Assembly (NCBI GenBank): GCA_965248265.1 | Contig: CBDFJF010000001.1 | Coordinates: 576,001 to 640,000 of the forward strand | Length of the DNA: 64,000 bases | From: Candidatus Latescibacterota bacterium | GTDB taxonomy: Bacteria > Latescibacterota > UBA2968 > UBA8231 | Direction of reading: 5' to 3' | Part shown: piece after piece, positions 1 to 11,362 of the stretch | Numbering within the stretch: position 1 is the stretch's first letter | How the letters are laid out: each line of letters begins with the position of its first letter | Program-made: the position numbers and the translations under genes | The notes under the pieces: generated by a model | Seen by the model: only the letters and a program-made list of their open reading frames with translations | The model's database searches: none | Told to the model about the DNA's origin: nothing

Positions 1-1044
1 GCGCTGGACGAAGAATTCGAGCATATCCCTGAGGCGGTCTCTGGCACCGCTGGCAGGGATGTGTTCCAGATGAGCCAGCGCCTTCGATGTCATCTGTTCA
101 CTAACACCTTCTGCGTATTCCATCGCGCCGTAGCGCTCCGCCAGCTGAATGACTTCCTCTGTTTGAGCTGTCGTCGTCTCCTGCCGCTCACTGTGCAGGA
201 TCTCGAGAACCCGTTCCCCTTCTTGTGCCGAACACTTTCGCAACAGATCGATTATGATCAAAGTGCGTTTGCCCTCGGCGATATCTCCACCTCGCTCCTT
301 GCCGTAGGCGCCCGAAGTTATCCCGGGAGCGTGATCAGCGTCCTGAGCAGAGGCGGTCAGGTTCAGCAGGTCATCACGAATCTGGAAGGCAATCGCCGTT
401 GCCTGACCGAAGGCTGCGATCGAATCACGCTGGGACGACGTCGCCCCGGCGATGATCGCGCCGGCCGTGCAGGGGCCGTGGCCGGTGTACCACCCGGTCT
501 TCTTCCTCAACATGGTCATGAATTCGTCTTCGCTGGGAACGTAGCGCTCACGAATCCAACCCACGTCGTAGGCCTGTCCTTCGAAGGTTTCGCGCGAACC
601 CCGGATCATTTCCTCGATCAGCAGCAGGGTCGTCTCACACCCCAGCAGTTCGCTATTCGCTGCCAGGACCTCGAACACCTTGGCGTAGAGGGCGTCGCCG
701 ATGTTGATGCTGAGTGGAATCCCGTGCAGCTTGTGAATGCAGGGCTTGCCGCGACGAAATTCCGAGTCGTCTTCGATGTCGTCGTGAAGAAGGGCGAACG
801 ACTGAAACATCTCGAAAGCGGCGGCCGTGCGCAGCGCCTTGCCGGTGTCGCCGCCCAGAGCCTCGCAGGCCAGCAGCACCATCGCAGGCCGCGAGCGCTT
901 CCCCCCGCGTTCGGGGTAATCCCGCATCGGCCTGTACATGTAGCCTTCCGGTTCGAGTACCGGAAGGAAGGAGAACATCTCCTTTTCGATCAATGGGATG
1001 AAACGTTCGAGAAACTGCTTGAGTGCCGGCGAGGGATCCGACAT
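1..1044 (-). CDS. Polyprenyl diphosphate synthase (GGPP synthase/IdsA-like); 3' end runs off the window
   Basis: Not in the ORF track. Hand translation from ATG 1044 gives MSDPSPALKQF...GGKRSRP...FALLHDDIEDDSEFRRGKP (first Asp-rich motif), AFQIRDDLLN (second motif), GKERGGDIAEGKRT and ...MLEFFVQR at the edge. It starts 1 bp after the atpC stop. Confidence 0.93.
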   Translation of the reverse strand, partial: MSDPSPALKQFLERFIPLIEKEMFSFLPVLEPEGYMYRPMRDYPERGGKRSRPAMVLLACEALGGDTGKALRTAAAFEMFQSFALLHDDIEDDSEFRRGKPCIHKLHGIPLSINIGDALYAKVFEVLAANSELLGCETTLLLIEEMIRGSRETFEGQAYDVGWIRERYVPSEDEFMTMLRKKTGWYTGHGPCTAGAIIAGATSSQRDSIAAFGQATAIAFQIRDDLLNLTASAQDADHAPGITSGAYGKERGGDIAEGKRTLIIIDLLRKCSAQEGERVLEILHSERQETTTAQTEEVIQLAERYGAMEYAEGVSEQMTSKALAHLEHIPASGARDRLRDMLEFFVQR

Positions 1045-1045
1045 C

Positions 1046-1447
1046 TCAGTCACCGCCGGCGATGCGGAGACGGTTGAGCGCTCTGGTAAGGGCGACCTCT
1101 GCTCGCACCGCATCCACGCCGTCACGCTGATTCAGGCGTTCTTGAGCACGCTCTCGCGCTGCCGAGGCACGGGCTCGATCGATCTCGTCGCCGAACTCGG
1201 CGGCCTCCGCCAGCACGGTGACGCGGTCTCCCCCAACCTCGACGAAGCCGCCGCTGCAGGCGAGAGTGCGTGGCTCGGTGCTGCCTTCTTCGACGAACCC
1301 GAGAGCGCCGACCTTCATCGCCGCGATCATGGGAGCGTGCCGTGCCAGCACTCCGAAGGAGCCCTGGCTGCCCGAGGCCTGCAGGCTTTCAACCGAACCG
1401 GAGTAGATCGTGCGTTCGGGCGTGACGATGTCGAGAGTAAATGCCAT
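1046..1447 (-). CDS. atpC: ATP synthase F1 epsilon subunit
   Basis: MAFTLDIVTPER...GSFGVLARHAPMI...GGFVEV. Start trimmed to ATG 1447. Confidence 0.96.
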   Translation of the reverse strand: MAFTLDIVTPERTIYSGSVESLQASGSQGSFGVLARHAPMIAAMKVGALGFVEEGSTEPRTLACSGGFVEVGGDRVTVLAEAAEFGDEIDRARASAARERAQERLNQRDGVDAVRAEVALTRALNRLRIAGGD

Positions 1448-1451
1448 GCTA

Positions 1452-2882
<1,431 letters not shown>

Positions 2883-3749
2883 CTAATGCGCTACGGCTTC
2901 GGCGCCGCCGATGATATCCATCAATTCGAGTGTGATGGAGGCTTGGCGCTCCTTGTTCATTTCGCGGGTCAAATCCTCGATCAATTCCCCGGCATTCTTC
3001 GTGGCATTGTCCATGGCGGTCATGCGTGCTGCCTGCTCGCAGGCGTTTGATTCCAGCAACGCGCGCCAGATCTGAAAATTGACGTGACGCGGTACCAACT
3101 CCTCGAGCAGCACCCCTGGATCCGGTTCGAACAGATAGTCCAGACTGGTCTCCTCCTCCGCCCCCTCATCGCCTGGAACGATTGGCAGTAACTGCCTCGC
3201 CACCGGTACTTGCTGCGACACGGAGCGGAACTCGCTGAATACGATGGTCACGCGATCGGCTTCGTCTGACAGAAATCGTCGAGTCAGGTCCTGGCCGATC
3301 TGGGCGGCGCGGCTGAACACGAGGGAACCGAACACGTCCTCATGATCGTGGATGACGTTGTAACCTCTGTTGCGAAAAAAATCACGTCCCTTGCGGCCGA
3401 TGGTGATCACTCCGGCGGACTCGCCCCCTGTTTCCTCGCTCAACTCGCCCTGCGCCACGCGGCACAAATTGCCATTGAAACCGCCACACAAACCGCGGTC
3501 GGATGTCACCGTGACGACGATGGTCTTGTTGACGGGCCGCTCCGCCAACAAAGGGCTCTGCGACACGTCGACGCTGCCGTGCAGGCGCCTGAGCACACTG
3601 CTCAGCTGCTGCGCGTACGGACGCGCGCCTTCAATCGCCTCCTGGGCTCGCCGCATCTTGGCGGCGGCAACCATCTGCATGGCGTTGGTGACGCGCTGGA
3701 TGTTGGAGATGCTGGCAACGCGGGTGCGCAGCTCTCGAAGAGTGGCCAT
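2883..3749 (-). CDS. atpG: ATP synthase F1 gamma subunit
   Basis: SDRGLCGGFN, RMTAMDNATKNA, RQASITLELMDI. Confidence 0.98.
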   Translation of the reverse strand: MATLRELRTRVASISNIQRVTNAMQMVAAAKMRRAQEAIEGARPYAQQLSSVLRRLHGSVDVSQSPLLAERPVNKTIVVTVTSDRGLCGGFNGNLCRVAQGELSEETGGESAGVITIGRKGRDFFRNRGYNVIHDHEDVFGSLVFSRAAQIGQDLTRRFLSDEADRVTIVFSEFRSVSQQVPVARQLLPIVPGDEGAEEETSLDYLFEPDPGVLLEELVPRHVNFQIWRALLESNACEQAARMTAMDNATKNAGELIEDLTREMNKERQASITLELMDIIGGAEAVAH

Positions 3750-3775
3750 CGGCTAGTAGGTCATCCCCCGGCAAT

Positions 3776-5302
3776 TCATGATTGCGACGGTTTGAAATGG
3801 CTGACGAAATCGCGGATGGCTGCGTCGAGTTTCTCTCTCATCTCATCGTTCAGTTCGCGACTCGACTGGATCTGCTGCATCAGATCCTGCTGACGATCGC
3901 GCATGTGGGCGAGCAACTCGTCCTCGAAGCGCATCACATCGGCCGTTGGCAACTCCAGCACATGGTCGATGGCGGCCAAAGCCACCGTCTCATCCGCCAG
4001 TGACATCGGCTTGTACTGACCTTGCTTGAGGACCTCGAGCAACTTCTCGCCACGATTGAGCAGATTGCGCGTGGACTGATCGAGATCTGAGGTGCCAAAC
4101 TGGGCGAACGCCTTGACCTCATTGTAGCGCGACACGTCGCCCTTGATGGTCTTGGCAACGGCCTTCATCGCTTTCGTCTGGGCGTTGCTGCCGACGCGTG
4201 ACACCGACGCGCCCACATCCATGGCTGGACGGTTGCCGGCGTAGAACAATTCGGGCTTGAGCAGGATCTGGCCATCGGTGATGGATATGACATTGGTCGG
4301 CACGAAGGTCGAGACATCACCTTCGAGAATCTCGATGATCGGCAGGGCTGTCAGGGAACCCGCTCCCTTGTCGTCACTCATTTTGGCGGCACGCTCGAGC
4401 AACCGCGAATGCAGATAGAACACATCACCAGGATAGGCTTCGCGGCCCGGCGGACGCCGCAGTACAAGTGACATCTCGCGGTAAGCCCAGGCCTGCTTTG
4501 ACAGATCGTCGTAGATGGCCAAGGCGTGCTGACCACTGTCGCGGAAATACTCCCCCATCGAGGCACCCGAATACGGAGCCAGAAACTGCAGCGGCGCCGG
4601 ATCCGAGGCGGTTGCCGACACCACCGTCGTGTAGGACATGGCGCCGTTGGCCTCCAATTCGGCCACCACCTTGGCAACGGTGGATGCCTTTTGCCCGATT
4701 GCCACGTAGATGCACTTAACGTCCTGGTCCTTCTGATTGATGATGGTGTCCACGGCGATGGCCGTCTTGCCCGTCTGTCGGTCACCGATGATCAACTCTC
4801 GCTGGCCGCGCCCGATGGGTACGGTTGAGTCGATGATCTTGATACCGGTCTGCAGGGGCTCCGTCACCGGCTGACGCTCGATCACGCCCGGCGCCTTGCG
4901 CTCTACCGGCAAGGTCTGGTTCGACGCCACCTCCCCTTTGCCATCCAGGGGCTGACCGAGTGGATTCACCACCCGACCGAGCAGGCCCTCGCCGACCGGC
5001 ACCTCGACGATGCGTCCGGTGCGCTTGACCTGGTCACCCTCACTGATCAGGGTGTCGGCGCCAAACAGCACGCAACCGACATTGTCCTCTTCCAGGTTCA
5101 GGGCCATCCCCATGATGCCGTGGGGAAATTCCACCAACTCAGTGGCCCGCACGTTCGACAGGCCGTGAACGCGGGCGATGCCGTCGCCGACGTACAGCAC
5201 GGTGCCGGTCTCGTAGACATCGATCTCCTTTTCGAATCCCAGCAGCTGCTGCTTCAGTATCTGGGATATCTCATCGGGTTGAACCATCGCTTCTGCGGGC
5301 AT
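3776..5302 (-). CDS. atpA: ATP synthase F1 alpha subunit
   Basis: GDRQTGKT and [26 protein letters not shown]. Confidence 0.99.
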   Translation of the reverse strand: MPAEAMVQPDEISQILKQQLLGFEKEIDVYETGTVLYVGDGIARVHGLSNVRATELVEFPHGIMGMALNLEEDNVGCVLFGADTLISEGDQVKRTGRIVEVPVGEGLLGRVVNPLGQPLDGKGEVASNQTLPVERKAPGVIERQPVTEPLQTGIKIIDSTVPIGRGQRELIIGDRQTGKTAIAVDTIINQKDQDVKCIYVAIGQKASTVAKVVAELEANGAMSYTTVVSATASDPAPLQFLAPYSGASMGEYFRDSGQHALAIYDDLSKQAWAYREMSLVLRRPPGREAYPGDVFYLHSRLLERAAKMSDDKGAGSLTALPIIEILEGDVSTFVPTNVISITDGQILLKPELFYAGNRPAMDVGASVSRVGSNAQTKAMKAVAKTIKGDVSRYNEVKAFAQFGTSDLDQSTRNLLNRGEKLLEVLKQGQYKPMSLADETVALAAIDHVLELPTADVMRFEDELLAHMRDRQQDLMQQIQSSRELNDEMREKLDAAIRDFVSHFKPSQS

Positions 5303-5317
5303 GTGTCGGTATCCTCT

Positions 5318-5860
5318 TTAGTGTTCGCCGAGCAGTCTTCGGTGCAGGCGCTGCAACTGCGCTTCAACGGTGCCGTCGAAGACCGTGTCTCCGACCGTGG
5401 CGATCAAACCACCGCGCATGGCGTCGTCGACGCTGACCTCGAGCCTTATCTCGCCGCCGAAGTACCCAGACAGCTTTTGCCGCAAGTGGTCGGTTTGACT
5501 CTGATCGAGCGCTGTGGCCGAACGCACGTGAGCCGTGGAGACCCCGGAGCGCTCATCAATGATCTGCAGGCAAGCCTGCGTGGTTTCCTGGAGCATCTCT
5601 GCGCGCCTACGCTGGACCAACAGGCGCATGAAATTCATCGCCAACGCCTCGACCCGCCCTTCAAACACCTTCTCAAGAGCGGCCTGCTTTGAATCAATAC
5701 TGACCAGTCGATTCTGCAGAAAGTCACACAGTTCGCTGGAGCCGTTGAGCGCCGCGTCGATCCCTTCGAGATCACGACGCGTATTATCCAGCGCACCGGT
5801 TTCCTCTGCTGCATCCAGCAGGGTTACGGCGTAACGTCTGACGACTTCGGGAATGTTCAT
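5318..5860 (-). CDS. atpH: ATP synthase delta subunit
   Basis: RRYAVTL N-terminus, GGLIATVGDTVFDGTV C-terminus, and operon position. Confidence 0.95.
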   Translation of the reverse strand: MNIPEVVRRYAVTLLDAAEETGALDNTRRDLEGIDAALNGSSELCDFLQNRLVSIDSKQAALEKVFEGRVEALAMNFMRLLVQRRRAEMLQETTQACLQIIDERSGVSTAHVRSATALDQSQTDHLRQKLSGYFGGEIRLEVSVDDAMRGGLIATVGDTVFDGTVEAQLQRLHRRLLGEH

Positions 5861-6345
5861 GCTTCGGGAACCTGGGCGATCAGATCGTCCACCAGCTTGC
5901 GGTTGCTGTCAGCATCGATGTTGGCGTCGATAATGGCACCCGCCGCCTGCACGGCCAGGTCAGCGACTTCGCGTCGCAACTCGCCGATGGCGGCCGTCTT
6001 TTCACTCTCGATGGTACGCCGTGCCTGTTCCACGGTCTGCTGCGCTTCCGAGCGTGCCTCTTCGACAATCCCCTGACGCACCTTCTCCGCGGCCTCTCGG
6101 GCCTCGGCGATGATCTGCCGGGATTCAGCTTCAGCGCCGGCGAGCAACTTCTGATGCTCCTCCAGTGTTGACTGAGCGTCCTGGCGCGCGCGGTCAGCGC
6201 CTTCCAGCGCATCCCTGATGCGCGCCTCGCGTTCGTCCAGCGCGCCCAGCAACGGCTTCCAGACGGTGCGCTTCAGCACCAGCAGGACGACGACGAAAGT
6301 GACGATCGTCCAGACGATGAGTCCCGCGTGGGGGGTGAGTAACAT
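5857..6345 (-). CDS. atpF: ATP synthase Fo b subunit
   Basis: N-terminal TM helix, then WKPLLGALDEREARI and a long coiled coil. Confidence 0.96.
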   Translation of the reverse strand: MLLTPHAGLIVWTIVTFVVVLLVLKRTVWKPLLGALDEREARIRDALEGADRARQDAQSTLEEHQKLLAGAEAESRQIIAEAREAAEKVRQGIVEEARSEAQQTVEQARRTIESEKTAAIGELRREVADLAVQAAGAIIDANIDADSNRKLVDDLIAQVPEA

Positions 6346-6408
6346 AGTCGTGTCTCTCCCTAGGTAGCTATCCGTGCCACTATGTCGTTACGCTTTCCTT
6401 CCAGACCT

Positions 6409-6455
6409 AGACGTGATCTGCCAGACGTGATCTGCCAGACGTGATCTGATAGACG
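6409..6455. repeat. 14-bp tandem repeat (AGACGTGATCTGCC x3 plus a partial copy) in the atpE-atpF spacer
   Basis: Copies at 6409-6422, 6423-6436 and 6437-6450 (last ends AT), then AGACG. Confidence 0.85.
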
Positions 6456-6486
6456 CGAGCACACGACGTCGAGGTCGGACGAATCG

Positions 6487-6744
<258 letters not shown>

Positions 6745-6777
6745 TCATCACTGTCACCAACCAAACCGCCCACCGCC

Positions 6778-7599
6778 CTAGTGATCGGGATGAGCGGCCA
6801 TGCTGATGAACAGTGCCGAGAGCAGAGTAAAAATGAAGGCTTGGATGAAACCGATGAAAATCTCAAGCATGTAGATGGCTGCTGCGAAGGCGATGGAAAA
6901 CGGGGCCAGATAATAGCTCTTGAGCATTATGATCAGACCCAGAAAAACCAGTATCGCCACGTGTCCGGCGATCATGTTGGCGAACAGACGGATGGCCAGG
7001 GCGAACGGCTTGGACAACAGGCCCATGATTTCGATCGGAATCATGATCGGCAACAGCCAGGTAGGCATTCCAGACGGCACCAGGCTGCGACAGTAGCCGA
7101 CGAATCCGTTGTTGACGATGCCGCTGACCTGAGTGACCGTGAAGGTACACAGGGCCAGCGCCGCGGTAACGCTGATGTTGCCCGTTGCCGTGGCACTGTA
7201 GGGAAACAGGCCGATCAGATTGCAAAACAGGATGAAGAAGAAAACGGTGAGCAGGTACGGCATGTATTTGCGGCCGTCCTCGCCCATGATCGGGAGCACT
7301 ACCTCGTCACGGATGAAAAGGACCATCGCCTCGAACAGGTTGGCCAGCCCGAAGGGCACGGCTTTGGGCCTGCGGAAGGCTACGGTCAACAGCAAAATCA
7401 GCAGGCTGCTGGCCACCCACATCATCAGGACGTGTTTCGAGATGGATAAATCGATGCCGTAGATTGGAGCGAACTGCGGCAAGTTGATGTGCCCGTCGAC
7501 CCAGTTGTGGGCGTTGACGAAGGGCACGTCCAGCTGCTTGGAATCGAGGATGTGCCCGATGATATCTACTTGACCGTCTGACCCTGCGTCACCCGCCAT
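6778..7599 (-). CDS. atpB: ATP synthase Fo a subunit
   Basis: KPFALAIRLFANMIAGH and IQAFIFTLLS; FCB-like N-terminal extension (IIGHILDS). Confidence 0.97.
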   Translation of the reverse strand: MAGDAGSDGQVDIIGHILDSKQLDVPFVNAHNWVDGHINLPQFAPIYGIDLSISKHVLMMWVASSLLILLLTVAFRRPKAVPFGLANLFEAMVLFIRDEVVLPIMGEDGRKYMPYLLTVFFFILFCNLIGLFPYSATATGNISVTAALALCTFTVTQVSGIVNNGFVGYCRSLVPSGMPTWLLPIMIPIEIMGLLSKPFALAIRLFANMIAGHVAILVFLGLIIMLKSYYLAPFSIAFAAAIYMLEIFIGFIQAFIFTLLSALFISMAAHPDH

Positions 7600-7630
7600 T
7601 CAATCACTCAGCCAATATCGTCAGTGTTAT

Positions 7631-7659
7631 CTATCAGTTGATCTTGCTATCAGTTGATC
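7631..7659. repeat. Direct repeat CTATCAGTTGATC x2 in the atpI-atpB spacer
   Basis: Identical 13-mers at 7631-7643 and 7647-7659. Confidence 0.75.
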
Positions 7660-7697
7660 CGGTAGACGACTGATCGTCACCTACCAAACGTTCAAAA

Positions 7698-8033
7698 TTA
7701 TGACGCTTGATTGCTCTGGTCAACCCGAGCAGGATCGATCGGCTGTCGCCTCTCGCGCTCGTTGCGGCGCACGACCGCTACGATCTCGACGATCATAGCC
7801 AGGATGCAGGTCGTCCCCAGGCCGGCGACGAAATAGCCCGGATGGATTGGCGTCACCAGGAGCAGGATGGCGGAGGCGGCCGCCATCAGCACCAGCCGGA
7901 GCGCCATGCCTCCCAGAAACACCTTGACGAAAAGTTGCGGCCGGCTGTTCCAGGTCCACCGGATACTCAACCAAGCTATGGCCCCGTTGACGAGCGCCAG
8001 CCCGATACCACAGGCCAACCCTGCCCATATCAT
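7698..8033 (-). CDS. AtpI-like membrane protein
   Basis: Hydrophobic protein with FLGGMALRLVL between atpZ and atpB. Start set at ATG 8033 (ATGA overlap). Confidence 0.8.
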   Translation of the reverse strand: MIWAGLACGIGLALVNGAIAWLSIRWTWNSRPQLFVKVFLGGMALRLVLMAAASAILLLVTPIHPGYFVAGLGTTCILAMIVEIVAVVRRNERERRQPIDPARVDQSNQAS

Positions 8034-8320
8034 TCTGTTTCCTCTCCTTTGGCTTGAGGGTCCTGGTTCGTCGCAGGCCCATCGCCGTCCTCGCTGTCTG
8101 GACGGGTCAGCATCCGGTAAAGATGGTAGAAGGCCGCCGTCGCCCCAAAGAGCATGCCGGCGATCAACAGTAAGGGAGATGTAGATAGCTTGTCGTCCAG
8201 CCACCATCCTCCGATGGTCGCGATGATGATGGTAACGGCAAACTGCAATCCCGCTCCCAGCAACAGGCCGGCCTGGGCCATGCCTGCCTGTTTCTTTGTC
8301 CGCTTGTCATCAGCGGTCAT
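8030..8320 (-). CDS. AtpZ/AtpI family protein
   Basis: Two TM helices with the GWWLDDKLSTSP motif; first gene of the atp cluster. Confidence 0.88.
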   Translation of the reverse strand: MTADDKRTKKQAGMAQAGLLLGAGLQFAVTIIIATIGGWWLDDKLSTSPLLLIAGMLFGATAAFYHLYRMLTRPDSEDGDGPATNQDPQAKGEETE

Positions 8321-8339
8321 GGCTGCTTACCACTATTCC

Positions 8340-9752
8340 TCACCAACCGATCAAGCCGGCCTGGCGAGCGGCACTTACCAATGGTTCTGACCACACACCA
8401 CCTCCTACCGAAAACAAGAGCATCAATACCAGGGCGGCGGCGAGTGGGGGGTCGACATGGACGGCCACCGACTCGCCAGCACCGGGAGGCGATAGTACTC
8501 GGACGATCAACCGCGCATACACGTAAGCCATCAGCAGACTGTTGATCAATATGCCTAGGGCGAGCCCGCCAAAGCCGGCATCCAACACCGAACTCAATAC
8601 CCAGTAGCGGGCAGTGAATCCCATCGTCGGCGGCACCCCGACCAGCGCCAGTAGCAGGACCAGCAGCGTCCCTGCCAGCAGTGGGTGTCTACGTGCCAGG
8701 CCCAGACAGTCGTCGATCTCCAGCTCCGTTTCCCGCTGACGGCAAAGCGCCAGCAGCACGGCGCAGCAACCACATACCGCCATGCCGTAAAAGGACAGAT
8801 AGAACACAACCCCGCCACCACCGCGACTGCCCATCGCGCAGAGCCCGGCCAGGGCGTAGCCGATATGAGCGAGTGAGGCGTAGCCCAGCAGGCGCTTTAG
8901 CCGGCGCTGATTCATCGCCAGCAGATTGCCCACCGTCATCGTCAACACGGCAGCAACCCAGGTCAAGGCGACCGCATACTCCTCGACCAGGTCGAAGCCG
9001 ACGGCGCACAGGCGCATCGCCACGGCAACGGCCGAAGCCGTGCCAGCGGAGGCCAGCAGCGCCGATACCGGTGCGGGCGCGCCATGAAAAACGTCGGCAA
9101 ACCACATGTGTAAAGGGACGACGCCGATGCGGGCGCCGACAGCAACCGCGAGCAGGGCCATTCCCGCCAGCGTCAACCGGCTCACGGTGACGTCCGTACC
9201 GTGATACGCGGCGACGAGTTCCGCCAGGTCGGTCGTACCGGTCGCCCCGTACACGAGGACAAGCCCGAGAAGGAAGAACGCACTGGCGACGGCTCCCGTC
9301 ATCGCCAATCGGAGACCGGCCTCCACGGCGATCCGGCTCGACTTCCCGCAGATGATGAGAGCCTGTAGGGACAGGACAGCCAGCTCGAGACTGACAAACA
9401 GCAGCAACAGGTCATTTGCGCGCACCATCACCATCATCCCCAGCACCGAACACAACAGCAGAGGATAAAACGCCAAGCCCGGGGAATCTGTGTCTGCGCC
9501 GCGGTGGCGAGAGAGAGACATGAGGATGGTCAAGCAGGCAAAGCTCAGGATCAGGACGGTGCAGTAGGAGTAAAATTCGGCGGCGAAGCTCTGTCTGAGC
9601 GCAACGGCGAGAATGGCGAGACTACCGAAAAGACTGGTATAGCCCATGCTTGCCGTCACCCTGGAGCCCAGCGACGTAAAGAAGGCTTCGAGCAGGACCA
9701 CGGCGACGATCAGAGCTGCCAGCAGTAGCTCCGGAGTTGAGAAGAAATCCAT
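8340..9752 (-). CDS. nuoN: NADH-quinone oxidoreductase subunit N-like (divergent)
   Basis: NDLLLLFVSLEL, VPLHMWFADVFHGAPAP, KRLLGYASLAHIGY. Start at ATG 9752 (TAATG overlap). Confidence 0.9.
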   Translation of the reverse strand: MDFFSTPELLLAALIVAVVLLEAFFTSLGSRVTASMGYTSLFGSLAILAVALRQSFAAEFYSYCTVLILSFACLTILMSLSRHRGADTDSPGLAFYPLLLCSVLGMMVMVRANDLLLLFVSLELAVLSLQALIICGKSSRIAVEAGLRLAMTGAVASAFFLLGLVLVYGATGTTDLAELVAAYHGTDVTVSRLTLAGMALLAVAVGARIGVVPLHMWFADVFHGAPAPVSALLASAGTASAVAVAMRLCAVGFDLVEEYAVALTWVAAVLTMTVGNLLAMNQRRLKRLLGYASLAHIGYALAGLCAMGSRGGGGVVFYLSFYGMAVCGCCAVLLALCRQRETELEIDDCLGLARRHPLLAGTLLVLLLALVGVPPTMGFTARYWVLSSVLDAGFGGLALGILINSLLMAYVYARLIVRVLSPPGAGESVAVHVDPPLAAALVLMLLFSVGGGVWSEPLVSAARQAGLIGW

Positions 9753-11362
9753 TAAGGATTCTCCTCGATATTGACTGGATGCTGAGTGCTGTCCGTAGTC
9801 GCCGGTGCCAGCGGAGGCGCCGACTCGTCGTTTCCAACTCTGATGACGGAATACCCGGTCGTCGGCAGCCAACCGGTGATGTGGTCGACGGCCGGTGCCG
9901 TAACCTGCACTAGTGGCGCAGGGTGGAGGCCCAGAAACAGAACCAGTCCCAGGATGGCTACCGCCATCCCGGTGAGCGCGCCCCTGGAGCCGCCGGCTCC
10001 AGTCGAGTCGGCCCCAGTTGTGGCGGACAGCAGGGTGTAGGCAGCGACTGACAACCCCAGGAGCGTTGCTACAGTGTGGCCTGGAAACGCCGCGAAGCCG
10101 GCGACCATGCACAGGATAGCTCCGCTGAACGGGGCCGATGCTGGAAAGCCGAGGAAGGCGACGACAGCACTCCACCACAGCAGCGCTTGCCATCGCCCGA
10201 TCCGCTCGCCGCCCGCGGCCAGAGAAACTGAGAGGGCAAGCGCAACCAACAGCGCCCGCACGAGACCGTGACTGAGAGCATACAGGAAACTGCCCTGGAT
10301 ACCCTCACCCGTGAGCGTCCACAGGCCCAGCAAAATGACTCCGTTGAAGCCCAGGCACAGGTAAGCCAGCCGGCGACGCAAGGAAGAGCGCTGCCCGAGA
10401 GCAAGAGCCCCACCGTACAGAGCAACCCAGGCGGCCAGTGCACCTCCCCAGTGAGCACCGATCTGCTCGACGGGTTCGGGACACAGTGGCATGGCAAACC
10501 GCAGTATCACGTAAGTGGCTATCAGGGGCCAGCCGCCAACGACCACGACCGCGACCAGCGGATTTTTCGTGCGTAGCGCCAATAGATCCACCAACCAACC
10601 ATGAAACGGCGCGATCGGCAGCTGGATGACCAGGTACAATCCGAAGGCGGCGGCGATCCACATCTGCGCCTCAGCGGGCAGCGCAAGCGTCAGCAACTGC
10701 TCTGGATCGAGTTGGGGGCTGCCTGTCTTTTGCTGAGCCGTCGAGCGCACCGACAGGGCTGCAGCCAACAGCGCCAGTGTGGCCGCGTAGTTAAAGAGGA
10801 GAAACCTCAATGCGACCCGGCGGCGCTCACTGCTGCGCACGCCACCCCCTGCCTCGTCATCCTTGGCCATACAAAGAGCGAAAAACAGAGCGAAAACGGC
10901 GGCCTGAGAGAACAGCGTCAGCAGCAGGAGGTTGGCCGCGACGAAGACGCCCTGGAGCGATGCCATAGCCACCAGCAATCCCATGCTTGCCCCCCTACCG
11001 CCGACGGAATTTGCTGACATGGCGATGAGAAACAGGAGTGGGATGACAACCAGCGCGAAGACATTGAGATGGTCGATCCCCAGCTGCAGGTCGAGGCCCA
11101 GTGAAGGCGCCCATGGTACGCTGCCGGCGACCCCCACGGCCTGCGATCCTGCTGATCCGAACAATTCAACGGTTGAGTGGAACTGTTCCGGTAGATCCAG
11201 GAAGTTGCCAACAGCCAGTAACCCTAACGCCAATTCCAGAAAGGTCACGGCCAGCAGGACCAGACGGCGGCCCTGCCCCGACGCGGGTGGCAGGAGAGCG
11301 ACAACGGCTGCGCCGATCAGAGGCACGACCACGAAACTCGACAGGATCAGGGCGGGCATCAT
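9752..11362 (-). CDS. nuoM: NADH-quinone oxidoreductase subunit M-like (highly divergent)
   Basis: PWAPSLGLDLQLGID, PIAPFHGWL, RRRLAY and ALSHGL; lies between nuoL and nuoN. Start at ATG 11362. Confidence 0.85.
   Translation of the reverse strand: MMPALILSSFVVVPLIGAAVVALLPPASGQGRRLVLLAVTFLELALGLLAVGNFLDLPEQFHSTVELFGSAGSQAVGVAGSVPWAPSLGLDLQLGIDHLNVFALVVIPLLFLIAMSANSVGGRGASMGLLVAMASLQGVFVAANLLLLTLFSQAAVFALFFALCMAKDDEAGGGVRSSERRRVALRFLLFNYAATLALLAAALSVRSTAQQKTGSPQLDPEQLLTLALPAEAQMWIAAAFGLYLVIQLPIAPFHGWLVDLLALRTKNPLVAVVVVGGWPLIATYVILRFAMPLCPEPVEQIGAHWGGALAAWVALYGGALALGQRSSLRRRLAYLCLGFNGVILLGLWTLTGEGIQGSFLYALSHGLVRALLVALALSVSLAAGGERIGRWQALLWWSAVVAFLGFPASAPFSGAILCMVAGFAAFPGHTVATLLGLSVAAYTLLSATTGADSTGAGGSRGALTGMAVAILGLVLFLGLHPAPLVQVTAPAVDHITGWLPTTGYSVIRVGNDESAPPLAPATTDSTQHPVNIEENP

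Noticed and set aside
61-1077. 338-aa plus-strand ORF
   Set aside because: Antisense shadow of the minus-strand prenyl synthase, which has clear family motifs.
6409-6455. CRISPR array
   Set aside because: Head-to-tail 14-bp units with no spacers and no cas genes.
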